A stretch of 64,000 nt of DNA, taken from positions 288,001 through 352,000 of the forward strand of contig CAVUZH010000016.1 of assembly GCA_963745835.1 (NCBI GenBank). The letters run 5' to 3'. The notes under the pieces were generated by a model. That model was not told the DNA's origin, made no database searches, and saw only the letters and a list, made by a program, of their open reading frames with translations. How positions within the stretch are numbered: the stretch's first letter is position 1; each line of letters starts with the position of its first letter. A program made the position numbers and the translations under genes. Source of the stretch: an uncultured delta proteobacterium. Its GTDB lineage: Bacteria; Desulfobacterota; Binatia; UBA9968. This document shows, piece after piece, positions 10,303 through 22,772 of the stretch.

Positions 10303-10468
10303 TTCTAAGTACAATATCCTCTCGCTTTTCACCGTTTACTTCAAATCAGGACTTTTCGTTTTAACAGGAACGGCGTTGCCGAACACGAGCATTTCAGAAT
10401 TGTCCTCTGCCCAATTCCGCCTGCTTGACGTCTAGATTGTCTATCGGCGCCATACCAACAGGAGACCG

Positions 10469-13400
10469 ATGATGGCTAAAAGAATGGTTCCTCAGGATCA
10501 AAGCCACCTGCTGGATTCGAAACTGCTGCTGCAGGTGCTTACCTCAGTGAAGAAGGGCGACTTTAGCGCGCGGCTTCCCGGCAGCTGGACCGGCGTTGAC
10601 GGCAAGATCGCCGATACCATCAATGACATCATCGAGATGATGTCAGATAGCACCAAGGAAATGGAGCGAGTCAGCCGGGTTGTCGGCAAAGAGGGGCGGC
10701 TGTCTCAACGGGCGGTGCTTCCAGGAGCATCGGGTTCCTGGAGGAGCAGAGTCAATGCGGTGAACCATTTGATAGATGATCTGGTCCGTCCAACTACGGA
10801 AATGGCACGGGTTATTGGAGCGGTAGCCAAGGGCGATCTAACCCAGACCGTCGCATTGGACGCCGAAGGTCAGCCGCTGCGAGGGGAATTTCTTCGCACC
10901 GCAAAAATGGTTAATGCGATGGTTAAACAGCTCGATGGTTTTGCCGAGGAGGTGACGCGTGTAGCGCGTGAGGTGGGCACTGAAGGCAAACTCGGAGGCC
11001 AAGCCCAGGTTCGAGATGTCAGCGGGGTTTGGAAAGATTTAACCGAGAGCGTGAACATGATGGCGGGTAATTTGACGGCGCAGGTGCGCAATATCGCCGA
11101 CGTCACCATTGCCGTCGCCAACGGCGACCTGTCCAGAAAAATTACCGTCGATGTGCGCGGCGAGATCCTGCAGCTCAAAGACACCATCAACACCATGGTG
11201 GATCAACTCAGAAGCTTTGCCGCCGAGGTGACGCGGGTGGCGCGCGAGGTCGGCACCGACGGCAAGCTGGGGGGCCAGGCCGTCGTTCCCGGAGTCGCCG
11301 GTACTTGGAAAGATTTGACCGACAGCGTCAATGCTATGGCCAGCAATTTGACATCGCAGGTGCGAAATATCGCCGACGTCACCATTGCCGTCGCCAACGG
11401 AGATTTATCGAGAAAAATCACTGTCGATGTCAAAGGCGAGATACTGCAACTTAAAGACACCATCAATACCATGGTCGACCAGTTGCGCAGCTTTGCCGCC
11501 GAAGTCACCCGGGTGGCGCGTGAGGTCGGCACCGAAGGTAAGCTGGGCGGTCAGGCCGTCGTTCCCGGCGTTGCCGGCACCTGGAAAGACTTGACCGATA
11601 GCGTCAACTTGATGGCGGGCAATCTCACCGATCAGGTTCGAAATATCGCTGACGTTACCATCGCGGTCGCCAACGGCGACTTATCGAAAAAGATCACCGT
11701 CGACGTGCGCGGTGAAATTCTCCAGCTCAAAGAAGCCATCAACACCATGGTCGACCAGTTGCGCAGCTTTGCCGCCGAAGTCACCCGGGTGGCGCGTGAG
11801 GTCGGCACCGAAGGTAAGTTGGGCGGCCAAGCGCAGGTTCGGGACGTCAGCGGTGTTTGGAAGGATCTTACTGAAAACGTCAACATCATGGCCGGCAATT
11901 TGACGGCGCAGGTGCGAAATATCGCCGATGTCACCATTGCCGTCGCCAACGGGGACTTGTCGAAGAAAATTACCGTCGATGTTCATGGTGAGATTCTCCA
12001 GCTTAAAGAGGCCATCAACACCATGGTCGATCAGTTAAACGCCTTCGCCGCCGAAGTCACCCGGGTGGCGCGTGAGGTCGGCACCGATGGCAAGTTGGGC
12101 GGCCAAGCGGTCGTTCCCGGAGTCGCCGGCACTTGGAAAGATTTGACCGACAGCGTCAATTTTATGGCCGGCAACCTAACGGCGCAGGTGCGCAACATCG
12201 CCGATGTCACCATCGCCGTCGCCAACGGGGACTTGTCGAAGAAAATTACCGTCGATGTTCATGGTGAGATTCTCCAGCTTAAAGAGGCCATCAACACCAT
12301 GGTCGATCAGTTAAACGCCTTTGCCGCCGAGGTCACCCGTGTGGCGCGCGAGGTCGGCACCGATGGTAAGTTGGGAGGTCAGGCCGTCGTTCCCGGAGTC
12401 GCCGGCACTTGGAAAGATTTGACCGACAGCGTCAATGCGATGGCGAGCAACTTAACCTCTCAAGTGCGAAATATTGCCGACGTTACCATCGCCGTGGCCA
12501 ACGGCGACTTGTCCAGGAAAATCACCGTCGATGTCAAAGGTGAAATCCTTCAGCTCAAAGACACGATCAACACGATGGTCGATCAGCTAAACGCGTTTGC
12601 CGCCGAGGTCACCCGGGTTGCGCGTGAGGTCGGCACCGAGGGTAAGTTGGGAGGTCAGGCCCAGGTTCGTGGTGTCAGTGGTGTCTGGAAAGATTTGACC
12701 GACAGCGTCAATTTCATGGCCGGCAATTTGACCGCGCAGGTGCGCAACATCGCCGACGTTACCATTGCAGTCGCTAACGGCGACTTGTCGAAGAAGATTA
12801 CCGTCGATGTTCGCGGCGAAATCCTCCAGCTCAAAGAAGCCATCAACACCATGGTCGATCAGCTAAACGCGTTTGCCGCCGAGGTCACCCGTGTGGCGCG
12901 CGAGGTGGGCACGGACGGCAAGCTGGGCGGCCAAGCCTTGGTTCCCGGTGTTGCTGGAACCTGGAAGGACCTGACCGACAGCGTCAATTTCATGGCTGGT
13001 AATCTGACTGCGCAAGTGAGGAATATCGCCGACGTCACGATCGCCGTCGCCAACGGCGACTTGTCCAAAAAGATCACTGTCGACGTGCAAGGCGAAATTT
13101 TACAGCTCAAAGAAGCCATCAATACGATGGTTGATCAGTTGCGCAGTTTCGCCGCCGAAGTCACCCGTGTGGCGCGCGAGGTCGGCACCGAAGGCAAGCT
13201 GGGCGGGCAGGCCTTGGTTCCCGGTGTTGCCGGTACCTGGAAGGATCTAACGGATAACGTTAATGTCATGGCCGCAAACCTCACCGCGCAGGTGCGCGGT
13301 ATCGTCAAGGTTGTTACCGCCGTCGCTAACGGCAGCCTCAAAGAAAAGCTCACTGTCGAAGCTAAAGGTGAAGTCGCCGCGTTGGCGGAAACGATCAACA

Positions 13401-16400
13401 ACATGACTGATACCTTGGCCATCTTTGCAGAGCAGGTAACGACCGTTGCTCGCGAGGTCGGGGTAGAAGGCCGCTTGGGCGGGCAGGCCAACGTGCCGGG
13501 CGCTGCAGGCATTTGGAAGGATTTGACCGACAACGTTAACTTGTTGGCGGCCAACCTTACCACTCAGGTGCGTGCAATCGCCGATGTCGCCACCGCGGTT
13601 ACCAAAGGTGACCTTACCCGTTCGATCCAGGTTGCGGCGCGAGGTGAGGTTGCCGAGCTCAAAGATAACATCAACGCGATGATCCAGAACCTCCGCGCGA
13701 CAACTGAGCAGAACACCGAGCAGGACTGGCTCAAGACCAATCTCGCCAAATTCACTCGCATGATGCAAGGCCAGCGCGATCTTACGACCGTGGGCCAAAT
13801 GCTGCTTTCGGAGCTTGCGCCGCTGGTAAGCGCGCAATACGGCGCAATTTATCAGATCGAGGGAAGCAATGGTGACTCGCGGCTGAAAATGCTCGCCAGC
13901 TATGCGCGTGAAGCGACTCAGAATGCGGCAGCGGAACTGCCCATCGGCGTCGGCTTGGTGGGTCAATGCGCCATCGAGAAACGGCGCATTTTGCTCTCCG
14001 AAGTCCCATCTGGTTACGTGCAAATTACTTCCGGCCTGGGCCGAGCCCGCCCGCGCAACCTGATCGTGCTACCGGTTCTGTTCGAGGCGGAGACCAAAGC
14101 TGTCATCGAGTTGGCCTCACTGGCTGAATTCACATCAACCCATTTGACCTTTCTTGCTCAGCTTACCGAGAGCATCGGTATCGTCCTCAATACCATCGAG
14201 GCAACGATGCAAACCGAAGGTCTGTTGCAGCAGTCCCAGAAACTTGCCGGCGAACTACAAACGCAGCAGAAGGAACTGCAGCAAACCAATGAAGAGCTGG
14301 CAACCAAAGCTCAACAGCTTGCCGAACAGAACGCCGAAGTGGAGCGCAAAAATCAGGAGATCGAACAGGCGCGCCACGCTCTTGAAGAGAAGGCCGCCGA
14401 ATTGGCTCTGGCGTCAAAGTATAAGTCGGAATTTCTCGCCAACATGTCGCACGAATTGCGCACCCCGCTCAATTCAATCCTCATCCTGGCGCAGCAGCTG
14501 ACATCCAATCCCGACCGGAATCTCACCACAAAACAGGTTGAGTTTGCCCGTAACATCCACGCCTCCGGCGGCGACCTGCTGAACTTGATCAGCGACATTC
14601 TCGATCTTTCTAAAATTGAATCCGGTACCGTCACCGTGGAACCTGAGGAGGTTCTCTTCAGCAAAGTGCAGGAAGCGGTGGAACGAAGCTTCCGCCATGT
14701 GGCCGAAGCGCGACATCTTACTTTTAAGATTGAAACGCACACCGAACTCCCGCAAGGCATGACCACCGATCTAAAACGACTCCAGCAGGTGCTGAAAAAT
14801 CTGCTCTCCAATGCGTTCAAGTTTACGACCCATGGAAGCGTTGTCTTCCGAATGAGAGTGGCTGAGGCGGGCTGGAGCGCGGAACACCCGATACTCAAAA
14901 ATAGTTCGCGAGTGATCGCTTTTGAGGTCAGCGACACTGGTATCGGCATCCCGACCGACAAGCAGAGAATCATTTTCGAGGCTTTCCACCAAGCCGATGC
15001 TGGTACCAGCCGCCGCTACGGCGGCACCGGCCTCGGGCTGGCCATTAGCCGAGAGCTCGCGACGTTATTGGGCGGAGAGATCCGGCTTGTCAGCAGCGTT
15101 AATGAAGGCAGCACCTTCACGCTCTATCTGCCGGAAGACTACTTTGCCTCGGCCTCCGGCGACTTCTCATCGAGATGGACGACATTTAATCCGGCTCCCC
15201 TGGTGGTGCAGCATTCGCTCAAGCCTGAAGAGATCGCCGACGATCGCGAAACGATTCTACCGAAGGACGCAGTCGTCCTTATTGTTGAAGATGATCCTCG
15301 CTTCGCCGGACTGTTATTGGACTTGGTGCGCGAGCGAGGCTTCAAAGCCGTGGTTACCAACAAGGGCTCCATCGCCCACAATCTGGCGCGCGAATTCAAT
15401 CCCGTTGCCATCCTATTGGATATCTTCCTGCCTGACATGCTCGGATGGACCGTGTTGAGCAACCTAAAACAAGACTCGACTACGCGCCACATCCCGGTGC
15501 AAATCGTCAGCGTCGAAGAAGAGCGCATACAGGGGCTGGGTCACGGCGCCTTCTCTTATCTGATCAAACCGGCCACTAGCGGCGAGTTGGAGATCGCCAT
15601 TGACCGCGTATTGGGCTATGCCAGGGCAGACCGCAAGGAGCTCCTGATCGTGGAAGACGACGCAGTGGAAAGGCAGAGCATCGTTGAACTGCTCTCCCAC
15701 GATAAGGTCGAGATCACTACGGCGCACACCGGCGGCGAGGCTTGGAACATTTTGCGCTCAAAGAAGTTTGACTGCATGGTTCTCGACCTGAAGCTGCCGG
15801 ACATAACCGGCTTCGATTTGCTGGAGCGCATTCGGCGTCAACGCGATCTGCAAGATTTGCCGATTGTCGTTTTTACGGGCAAAGACTTGACCGAGCAAGA
15901 TGAACTGCAGCTGGCACAACTGGCCGAGAGTGTGGTCATCAAGGGTGTCCAATCTCCCGAGCGTTTGCTCGATGAAACATCCTTGTTCCTGCATTTGTTA
16001 ACAACCGAACTCGCTCCTGCCAAACAACAAATGCTCGAACGACTGCGCCATAGCGACGAGGCGCTCAGGGGTAAGACAGTGCTGGTCGTGGATGATGACG
16101 TGCGCAATATTTTCGCCTTGACCAGCTTACTCGAACAGCACGGTGTGCGCGTCATCAGCGCGGAAACCGGTAAAGAGGCGATTTCGCTTCTCGATCGAGA
16201 GGAAGTGATTGACGCCGTGCTAATGGACATCATGATGCCGGACATGGATGGCTATGAAACCATGGGCCTGATCCGGAAAAGCACAAAACACAAGCTATTA
16301 CCTATTCTCGCGCTGACGGCTAAGGCCATGAAGGGTGACCGCGAAAAATGCCTGGAAGCAGGCGCTTCGGACTATATCGCCAAGCCGGTCAATACGGAGG

Positions 16401-16495
16401 AGCTGCTCGGACTATTACGCATATGGCTTTTCGGCAAGCAGACTAATTCCGGAGTCGGTTATGAACGCAGCAACGGCGAACATCCTCGTAGTTGA
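10469..16495 (+). CDS. Poly-HAMP hybrid histidine kinase (OsaA / fungal group III NIK1-like): HAMP repeats, GAF, HisKA, HATPase, 3 receiver domains
   Basis: About 10-11 repeats of 92 aa ([18 protein letters not shown]), [24 protein letters not shown], three REC domains. Confidence 0.95.
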   Translation: MMAKRMVPQDQSHLLDSKLLLQVLTSVKKGDFSARLPGSWTGVDGKIADTINDIIEMMSDSTKEMERVSRVVGKEGRLSQRAVLPGASGSWRSRVNAVNHLIDDLVRPTTEMARVIGAVAKGDLTQTVALDAEGQPLRGEFLRTAKMVNAMVKQLDGFAEEVTRVAREVGTEGKLGGQAQVRDVSGVWKDLTESVNMMAGNLTAQVRNIADVTIAVANGDLSRKITVDVRGEILQLKDTINTMVDQLRSFAAEVTRVAREVGTDGKLGGQAVVPGVAGTWKDLTDSVNAMASNLTSQVRNIADVTIAVANGDLSRKITVDVKGEILQLKDTINTMVDQLRSFAAEVTRVAREVGTEGKLGGQAVVPGVAGTWKDLTDSVNLMAGNLTDQVRNIADVTIAVANGDLSKKITVDVRGEILQLKEAINTMVDQLRSFAAEVTRVAREVGTEGKLGGQAQVRDVSGVWKDLTENVNIMAGNLTAQVRNIADVTIAVANGDLSKKITVDVHGEILQLKEAINTMVDQLNAFAAEVTRVAREVGTDGKLGGQAVVPGVAGTWKDLTDSVNFMAGNLTAQVRNIADVTIAVANGDLSKKITVDVHGEILQLKEAINTMVDQLNAFAAEVTRVAREVGTDGKLGGQAVVPGVAGTWKDLTDSVNAMASNLTSQVRNIADVTIAVANGDLSRKITVDVKGEILQLKDTINTMVDQLNAFAAEVTRVAREVGTEGKLGGQAQVRGVSGVWKDLTDSVNFMAGNLTAQVRNIADVTIAVANGDLSKKITVDVRGEILQLKEAINTMVDQLNAFAAEVTRVAREVGTDGKLGGQALVPGVAGTWKDLTDSVNFMAGNLTAQVRNIADVTIAVANGDLSKKITVDVQGEILQLKEAINTMVDQLRSFAAEVTRVAREVGTEGKLGGQALVPGVAGTWKDLTDNVNVMAANLTAQVRGIVKVVTAVANGSLKEKLTVEAKGEVAALAETINNMTDTLAIFAEQVTTVAREVGVEGRLGGQANVPGAAGIWKDLTDNVNLLAANLTTQVRAIADVATAVTKGDLTRSIQVAARGEVAELKDNINAMIQNLRATTEQNTEQDWLKTNLAKFTRMMQGQRDLTTVGQMLLSELAPLVSAQYGAIYQIEGSNGDSRLKMLASYAREATQNAAAELPIGVGLVGQCAIEKRRILLSEVPSGYVQITSGLGRARPRNLIVLPVLFEAETKAVIELASLAEFTSTHLTFLAQLTESIGIVLNTIEATMQTEGLLQQSQKLAGELQTQQKELQQTNEELATKAQQLAEQNAEVERKNQEIEQARHALEEKAAELALASKYKSEFLANMSHELRTPLNSILILAQQLTSNPDRNLTTKQVEFARNIHASGGDLLNLISDILDLSKIESGTVTVEPEEVLFSKVQEAVERSFRHVAEARHLTFKIETHTELPQGMTTDLKRLQQVLKNLLSNAFKFTTHGSVVFRMRVAEAGWSAEHPILKNSSRVIAFEVSDTGIGIPTDKQRIIFEAFHQADAGTSRRYGGTGLGLAISRELATLLGGEIRLVSSVNEGSTFTLYLPEDYFASASGDFSSRWTTFNPAPLVVQHSLKPEEIADDRETILPKDAVVLIVEDDPRFAGLLLDLVRERGFKAVVTNKGSIAHNLAREFNPVAILLDIFLPDMLGWTVLSNLKQDSTTRHIPVQIVSVEEERIQGLGHGAFSYLIKPATSGELEIAIDRVLGYARADRKELLIVEDDAVERQSIVELLSHDKVEITTAHTGGEAWNILRSKKFDCMVLDLKLPDITGFDLLERIRRQRDLQDLPIVVFTGKDLTEQDELQLAQLAESVVIKGVQSPERLLDETSLFLHLLTTELAPAKQQMLERLRHSDEALRGKTVLVVDDDVRNIFALTSLLEQHGVRVISAETGKEAISLLDREEVIDAVLMDIMMPDMDGYETMGLIRKSTKHKLLPILALTAKAMKGDREKCLEAGASDYIAKPVNTEELLGLLRIWLFGKQTNSGVGYERSNGEHPRS
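10940..13700 (+). repeat. 276-bp intragenic tandem repeat encoding 92-aa double-HAMP units
   Basis: Period 276 bp, e.g. gtgacgcg at 10952 and 11228; identical blocks at 11941 and 12217. Confidence 0.92.
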
Positions 16496-18578
16496 CGATG
16501 ATGTAAAGACGCTCGCGGCCATGGAGGCGCTTCTCGCCGGGCCGGGGCGAAACATCTCGACGGCTTCTTCGGGCACGGAGGCACTCCGCCTATTGTTACG
16601 AGAGGACTTTGCGCTGATCCTTATGGACGTCCGCCTGCCGGTGATGGACGGCTTTGAGACTGCCGCGTTGATTCGACAGAGAGAAAGGTTTCGCTACACC
16701 CCAATTATTTTTATCTCTGCCATCGATACCCTGGAATCGGACGTTTTTCGAGGAGCCGCCAGCGGGGCCGTTGATTACCTTTTCAAACCGGTTGTGCCGC
16801 AAATTCTTCAGGCCAAGGTTTCGGTTTTCGTCGACCTGTTTCATAAAAACGAGCAGCTAAAACTACAAGCAATCCGGCAAAGCGAAGAGCGCTTTCGAAT
16901 GGTGGTCGAAAGCTTGCAGGATTACGCGATTTTTATGATGGATCCGAGCGGCCGGGTCTCAACCTGGAATTTGGGCGCCGAGCGGATTGTCGGTTGGAGC
17001 CAGCATGAAGCCATTGGCAAATTGTTCGGCGCTTTCTACACGCCGGAAGACGAGGAAAAGGGCTTGCCTGGCCAGGCACTGAAGGACTCGGCTGGGGCGG
17101 GACGATATGAAGACGAGGGCTGGCGCCTGCGCAAGGATGGCTCTCGCTTTTGGGCTAATGTTGTGGTCACCTCGCTGGTCGATGATCACGGGGAGCTCGT
17201 CGGCTTTTCGGCCATCTTCCGTGACGTCACTGCCCGCAAGAAGACCGAAGAACAGCTTAAACGACTCAACTCCGATCTCGAAGAACGATATGTCGAAAAG
17301 GCGGCTGAGCTAGCCCACACAATCGGTGAACGGGAAAAACTCCAAGAGCAGCTTCTCCAAGTGCAGAAAATGGAAAGCATCGGCACTTTGGCCGGCGGAA
17401 TTGCCCACGACATTAACAACATCCTCAACATCATCTCCGGGTACGCCAATCTAATTTTGCAGAATAGCGACGGCAAGGACAAAAACTCCGAGCATGTAGA
17501 AGTGATTATAGAAACCGTCGAACGCGGCGTTTCTTTAGTCCGGCAGCTCCTAGCCATGGCGCGCAAGGCCGAAACCAAGTTCGAACCTGTCAGAGTGACA
17601 GGTGTGTTGCAGAAGCTTCAAGGGATTATCAATGATACCTTTCCTAAACAGATCGAAGTCATCTGGAATCTACAACCGGACTTGCCGTCGATCATGGCCG
17701 ACCCTCACCAAATTCATCAGGCGGTTTTCAACCTTTGCCTCAATGCGCGCGATGCCATGCCCGATGGTGGAAAGCTGATCGTTGCCACCGAAATAGTTGA
17801 CGGAGCCGAGCTGCGCAAGATTTCGCAAGAAGTGAAAGAGGAACTGTACTGCTGCGTCACGGTCAAAGACACCGGCATAGGCATGAGCATGTCAACCAAA
17901 AGTCGTATTTTTGAGCCGTTCTTTACGACCAAACGCCAGGGAGAAGGAACGGGATTGGGTCTGGCGGTGGTCTATGGGATCGTCGGTAAACACGGCGGTA
18001 TTATCGATGTCGAAAGCGAGCCAGATCGCGGCGCAAGCTTTCGGCTTTTTCTTCCCATCCCCAAAGATCAGGTCGAAGCAGGCGATGCCCGAGCGGCACC
18101 GCCGCGCAGGAAAATTGAGACACTGGTGGCCAACGGTGAAATGATTCTTTTCGTCGACGACGAGGTGCACCAGCTACGCTTGATGCAGATACATCTGCAG
18201 CGAGCAGGGTACAGAGTGATAACCGCGGCGGATGGCGCTGAAGCTGTCGATATGCACAATCGGCATAAGGACGAAATCGCGGCAGTAATCCTTGATTTTG
18301 GATTGCCGAAGCTAAACGGGTGGGAAGCTTATCGAAAGATGAAAGAAGTTGATCCTGACATTAAGGCGATTTTCGCCACGGGGTTTATCGCCTCTCAGCT
18401 TGAGACGGAACTGGCTAAGCAGGAACTGAGCGGTGTGATTATGAAACCGTATCAACTCGACGAAGTGTTAGAAAGAATCGACAGCGCCATCAAAAGCAAA
18501 GGCGTGAAATCTGTTGGAGATATTCGATTAACAATTCATTCCGCTTCGTTCCCCAAGACTGCTAAAAATCATTCCTGA
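16461..18578 (+). CDS. Hybrid sensor kinase: REC-PAS-HisKA-HATPase-REC
   Basis: OsaB-like N-terminal REC (ILVVDD...MDGFETA...GAVDYLFKP), PAS (WNLGAERI), [19 protein letters not shown]; ATG 16461 overlaps the end of the upstream kinase. Confidence 0.92.
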   Translation: MNAATANILVVDDDVKTLAAMEALLAGPGRNISTASSGTEALRLLLREDFALILMDVRLPVMDGFETAALIRQRERFRYTPIIFISAIDTLESDVFRGAASGAVDYLFKPVVPQILQAKVSVFVDLFHKNEQLKLQAIRQSEERFRMVVESLQDYAIFMMDPSGRVSTWNLGAERIVGWSQHEAIGKLFGAFYTPEDEEKGLPGQALKDSAGAGRYEDEGWRLRKDGSRFWANVVVTSLVDDHGELVGFSAIFRDVTARKKTEEQLKRLNSDLEERYVEKAAELAHTIGEREKLQEQLLQVQKMESIGTLAGGIAHDINNILNIISGYANLILQNSDGKDKNSEHVEVIIETVERGVSLVRQLLAMARKAETKFEPVRVTGVLQKLQGIINDTFPKQIEVIWNLQPDLPSIMADPHQIHQAVFNLCLNARDAMPDGGKLIVATEIVDGAELRKISQEVKEELYCCVTVKDTGIGMSMSTKSRIFEPFFTTKRQGEGTGLGLAVVYGIVGKHGGIIDVESEPDRGASFRLFLPIPKDQVEAGDARAAPPRRKIETLVANGEMILFVDDEVHQLRLMQIHLQRAGYRVITAADGAEAVDMHNRHKDEIAAVILDFGLPKLNGWEAYRKMKEVDPDIKAIFATGFIASQLETELAKQELSGVIMKPYQLDEVLERIDSAIKSKGVKSVGDIRLTIHSASFPKTAKNHS

Positions 18579-18831
18579 TGGCACATCGCAGAAATCCAGG
18601 TGCATTCAGCAACTGCACTGATTTCCTCGAAGGTGAGTATACAGGATCTTCCCTTTCGGCGCCGTCACAAAACTGCATCTAAGACATCATGACACTGCCC
18701 TGTTCAAACGTTGCTTGATCGTTACAGGCACTTACACCTCTCACCAACCGCCATCTCAAATGTCCTGCGGCGGAAATTTCTAGACAAGAGTTGCCAAAGC
18801 GGCCGGAACGACATTTGCGATCCGGCGACCC

Positions 18832-19398
18832 GTGGCAACGGAAATTTCTTACCGCAAGACACACAACACGGATCTTTGGCATTTCTGCTCAAATTGTTCG
18901 AATTGGCCGGTTACAGATTTCGACAAACACGACCACGACGCTCCTCCGATGGATGAATTCTGTCCCGAATGTGTCGAGCACCAACGCCAAGGAACCTGCA
19001 CGCAGGCTAGCGGAAGAGAGGCAGGCGCATCGATTGCTCGCAAGAAGATCCTGATCATTGAGGATCACCCCGACGTTCGGCGGGTGCTCACAATCACCTT
19101 ACTTCATCTAGGTTATGAAACATGCGAAGCAGCCGATGCCCGCGCCGGAATTAGAATGAGCCTGATCGAGAATCCCGATTTGATCGTGATGGATCTTTCG
19201 CTACCTGACTCCAGCGGTTTGGAAACCGCCAAAAGGATAAAGGAGAATTCGCAGACGAATCACATCCCGATCGTTGCATGTTCCGGTTGGGAGAGCGACG
19301 AGATCCTTGCACAAGCAGCGGAAGCGGGCATCGTGGAGTTTTTAGCCAAGCCGATCTCACCGGAGCTACTTGTCGCCGTAATCGAAAAACTTACCTGA
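18832..19398 (+). CDS. Single-receiver response regulator with an N-terminal Cys/His-rich extension
   Basis: C-terminal REC (ILIIED, PDLIVMDLSLP, FLAKP); N-terminal WHFCSNC...FCPEC. Confidence 0.8.
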   Translation: MATEISYRKTHNTDLWHFCSNCSNWPVTDFDKHDHDAPPMDEFCPECVEHQRQGTCTQASGREAGASIARKKILIIEDHPDVRRVLTITLLHLGYETCEAADARAGIRMSLIENPDLIVMDLSLPDSSGLETAKRIKENSQTNHIPIVACSGWESDEILAQAAEAGIVEFLAKPISPELLVAVIEKLT

Positions 19399-19564
19399 AT
19401 TCAAAGAATACTTTCCCGCTAGTGTTTGCTCACTCAGTTACATCCGTTACTCACTAAAATCGAATATCTTAAAAAATTCGCCGGCTCGAGTTAATTCCGC
19501 AAGGCAAGCTTCCTCGTGTTGAGGAGGACTGGCGAGTTCTTCACCGAATCCCAAAGCTGCACAC

Positions 19565-19601
19565 GCAAAAGGCCATTCGACATTGTCGAAGGGCCTTTTG
19601 C
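19565..19601. terminator. Bidirectional intrinsic terminator downstream of tRNA-Asn
   Basis: GCAAAAGGCCATTCGACA-T-TGTCGAAGGGCCTTTTGC inverted repeat between convergent units. Confidence 0.75.
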
Positions 19602-19614
19602 TTCTGGTCTAAGC

Positions 19615-19690
19615 TGGCTCCCCGGGAGGGACTCGAACCCCCGACCAATTGGTTAACAGCCAACTGCTCTACCGACTGAGCTACCGGGGA
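19615..19690 (-). tRNA. tRNA-Asn (GTT)
   Basis: Minus strand TCCCCGGTAGCTCAGTCGGTAGAGCAGTTGGCT-GTT-AACCAATTGGTCGGGGGTTCGAGTCCCTCCCGGGGAGCCA; 76 nt, cloverleaf, encoded CCA. Confidence 0.97.
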
Positions 19691-19892
19691 ATAGAGACTA
19701 TTTCAATCCATCCGCGTCGGATAACATCGGCACCGCCGCATCTGGTCGCGAGCTGTTCGGACCGGTTCAACCAAGGGATGAACAGATCACTTAATTAGCA
19801 CACGAATCCAGCAAATTCCAGGCAGGGAGACTATTCTGTGAGTGGCAAATTGAGCCTGGCGAGCTTTCGCGAGCTCAATTTGCCAGTTGAGA

Positions 19893-20366
19893 CTACTCCA
19901 ATTGCAAATGTTCCAGTTCCTGCAGCATGTTCTGGTGATGAGTTGCGGGCCAATAGATACGGTGGCAATTGGCACACCAAAAAAAGTTTTCCTGAGTTGA
20001 AAAGACGTACTCGGGAACTGCTTGTTTGACGGAGGTTTTCGGACGCGGCTGCAGCGAAGAATTACAGATAAGACACCGCCTGAAAAGGTCGTCGCTTCGA
20101 ACCAGATGAAACGTACTGATGACCTGACGCAGTTGTTCGCGAAAATCATCGCTTTGTATAAACAGAGAGTCCTGCGGTTGAGTACGTAATCGGCGATCAC
20201 GGGTGAGAATAATCCTGTTTTCTTGGCGTGCCGCATGGACTAGACCGGCGCCTGAGAGATGTCGCCCGTAAAGCACATCTTGTCCTAATACCCTGAGCCA
20301 TTTCGCAAGCCTGCCAAGCATGACGTCGGCGGCGAATCTCAGTTCCGGAGGATTTGATTTCGACAT
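19893..20366 (-). CDS. Mut7-C RNase domain (PIN-fold) protein
   Basis: RFAADVMLGRLAKWLRVLGQD, RIILTRD, RCLICN...CANCHRIYWPATH. Confidence 0.92.
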   Translation of the reverse strand: MSKSNPPELRFAADVMLGRLAKWLRVLGQDVLYGRHLSGAGLVHAARQENRIILTRDRRLRTQPQDSLFIQSDDFREQLRQVISTFHLVRSDDLFRRCLICNSSLQPRPKTSVKQAVPEYVFSTQENFFWCANCHRIYWPATHHQNMLQELEHLQLE

Positions 20367-20426
20367 CTGCTGGCATTTAGTTTGAACTGATCTGCCTTTG
20401 CATTTACCATAGCCGTGTTCTACCGC

Positions 20427-21890
20427 ATGATCTTGAAACAATCCATTGGCCTCGCTGTCGTTGTGTTCTGGTGCGTAATGAACGTCCTACTCATCAAACG
20501 CCAGCTCTGGGCGCCGCCGCCGCCGCTTTTCGTCAGCGCGACGGAAACTCTTACGGAAGCGACTCAGGAATGGTGGGGAGTCTACTATCAGGGCGAGAAA
20601 ATCGGCTTCACTTCACAAAGCATTGAGCCGAACCAGACCGGATATCAGCTGCGCGATGAATCGCTGCTGCGCTTGAATCTATTAGGAACGACTCAGCGGG
20701 CTTCGACCCGGCTGGCCATGACCGTGGACAAAGAATGGGTGCTTAAAGATTTCGATTTTGAGCTGCTGTCAAACGATGTCCGTTTTCAATCCCGGGGCAA
20801 GGTTATTCCGGGTCAATTACACCTCGAAATTGAGTCGGCCGGCCATACATCGAAGCAGATTATCGCACTGACGCAACCGCCCTATTTAGCCGCGGCTTTG
20901 AAACCTTTAGTCGCAAGCCAGCAGTTGGAGCCCGGCAAAGAACATTTCTTCACAATCTTCGATCCTGCGACTCTTGCCGATCAAATCACTTCGGTGGTCA
21001 TCGAAGCTCGCGAGCACATCCTCGTCGGCGATCAAAAAGTGCCGGCGATCAGATTGCGGCAACGGTTCAAAGGGGTTTCGGTGGTTTCTTGGATCGATGG
21101 AAATGGCCGCACGCTGAAGGAAGAAAGCCCTGGCGGATTTGCTCTGCGGCAAGAAGCTCCGCCACAGGCAAAGAGCTTCGCTGATTCGCGCGCCGTTCCT
21201 TTGGACCTGATTGCACGCGCTTCGATCGCGGTCGGCGAATCGATTCTCCAGCCGCAAAGTAGAAGCAAGTTGCGACTAAGATTAAGCGGCGTGAACGTGG
21301 TAGATTTCGCATTGCATGGCGAACGCCAGAACTTTAGTGAGGATGTATTGCGCATAGAGCGAGAGCAGGTTAGCCCGTCCGACACTTACAAAATCCCGTT
21401 AAAAGACCGCCGCTTCGGCTCATTCTTGAACCCCACTGCATTTCTGCAAAGCGATCATCCATCGATCCGCGATCGTGCCGTGCAAATCCTCGGCGCGGAA
21501 ACAGATGCGCACAGAGCGGTGGTGCGCCTGAAAAACTGGGTTTACAACGAAATCGACAAGCAGCCGACCATCAGTATCCCTAACGCTCTCCAAGTGCTGC
21601 AAACCAAAAAGGGGGATTGCAACGAACATACTGTGCTGTTCAACGCGCTCGCTCGCGCCGCGGGCATTCCCGCCAGAACCGTAGTTGGGTTGGTCTATCT
21701 GCGCGGCGCGTTTTATTATCATGCCTGGTCCGAAGTTTGGCTCGGCAAATGGATCTCCTTGGACTCGGTGCTCGATCAGTTTCCCGCCGATGTCACTCAC
21801 GTCAAATTCATCGAAGGCGAAATCGACCGGCAGTTAGATATGCTGCAGTTGATCGGCAATCTGAGAATAGAAGTTCTGGAACAGGAATAA
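20427..21890 (+). CDS. Membrane-anchored transglutaminase-like domain protein
   Basis: N-terminal TM helix; GDCNEH, YYHAWSEVW and W-ISLD give the Cys-His-Asp triad. Confidence 0.9.
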   Translation: MILKQSIGLAVVVFWCVMNVLLIKRQLWAPPPPLFVSATETLTEATQEWWGVYYQGEKIGFTSQSIEPNQTGYQLRDESLLRLNLLGTTQRASTRLAMTVDKEWVLKDFDFELLSNDVRFQSRGKVIPGQLHLEIESAGHTSKQIIALTQPPYLAAALKPLVASQQLEPGKEHFFTIFDPATLADQITSVVIEAREHILVGDQKVPAIRLRQRFKGVSVVSWIDGNGRTLKEESPGGFALRQEAPPQAKSFADSRAVPLDLIARASIAVGESILQPQSRSKLRLRLSGVNVVDFALHGERQNFSEDVLRIEREQVSPSDTYKIPLKDRRFGSFLNPTAFLQSDHPSIRDRAVQILGAETDAHRAVVRLKNWVYNEIDKQPTISIPNALQVLQTKKGDCNEHTVLFNALARAAGIPARTVVGLVYLRGAFYYHAWSEVWLGKWISLDSVLDQFPADVTHVKFIEGEIDRQLDMLQLIGNLRIEVLEQE

Positions 21891-22013
21891 TTTCACTAGA
21901 TCGACGGATTCTATCAACCCCGGTCGCGCGGAGAATTCCTAGGCGAGTTATCTGCCTTGGATCTTTAGTGGCCGGGGGCTTGGACGCCGTTAAATAGAGC
22001 AGCATCCCTCGCG

Positions 22014-22772
22014 ATGATTCGCATAATCAATTTACGCAAGCAGTACGGCCGCCTGGCTGCCGTAGATAATCTCAACATCGAAGTTGCCCCGGGAGAAATA
22101 TTCGGCTTCCTGGGGCCCAACGGCGCGGGCAAGACCACGACCATCCGGGTGATGATGGGGATCTTGAGAGCGAGCTCGGGCCGAGTGATTCTCGGCGGGC
22201 ACGATGTCGAACAAGAGCCGCAGCAAGCCAAAGCGATTGCCGGATTCATTCCCGATCGCCCGTTTATCTACGAGAAACTCAGCGGCAAAGAATTCCTTAC
22301 GTTCATCGCTAAGCTACACCGAATGGAATCGGCTCGACTAAGACGCAGGATTGACGAGCTCTTGGAATATTTCGAATTAGCCAATTGGCAGGACGAGTTA
22401 GTGGAAGGGTTTTCCCACGGCATGAAACAGCGCCTGGTTTTGTGCGCCGCGCTTGTCCATGAGCCGCGCATTCTCATTGTCGATGAGCCGATGGTCGGCT
22501 TGGATCCCAAGGGTGCGCGCACCATCAAGGATCTATTTCGTTCACTGGCGAAAAACGGTACGACGGTTTTCTTATCGACACATAGCATCAGCATGGCCGA
22601 GGAAGTATGCCACCGGATCGGAATCATTCAGAAGGGTCATCTGATAGCCAGTGGGACCATGGCGGATATTTACCGACTAACTCGGGGTCACGACAGTAAT
22701 TTGGAAGATGTTTTTCTCGAGTTAACCCAGCAGCAGGCCGACTTAGCATTGCCTCGGGAGCGGCGGGTTTGA
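22014..22772 (+). CDS. ABC transporter ATP-binding protein
   Basis: GPNGAGKTT, FSHGMKQR, IVDEP. Confidence 0.95.
   Translation: MIRIINLRKQYGRLAAVDNLNIEVAPGEIFGFLGPNGAGKTTTIRVMMGILRASSGRVILGGHDVEQEPQQAKAIAGFIPDRPFIYEKLSGKEFLTFIAKLHRMESARLRRRIDELLEYFELANWQDELVEGFSHGMKQRLVLCAALVHEPRILIVDEPMVGLDPKGARTIKDLFRSLAKNGTTVFLSTHSISMAEEVCHRIGIIQKGHLIASGTMADIYRLTRGHDSNLEDVFLELTQQQADLALPRERRV

Noticed and set aside
10940-13700. Regular repeats as a possible CRISPR array
   Set aside because: 276-bp in-frame coding repeats with no unique spacers; no cas genes in the window.
10469-19690. Kinase locus as an island integrated at tRNA-Asn
   Set aside because: No integrase, and I found no duplicated tRNA 3' end on the far side; the tRNA terminator is intact.
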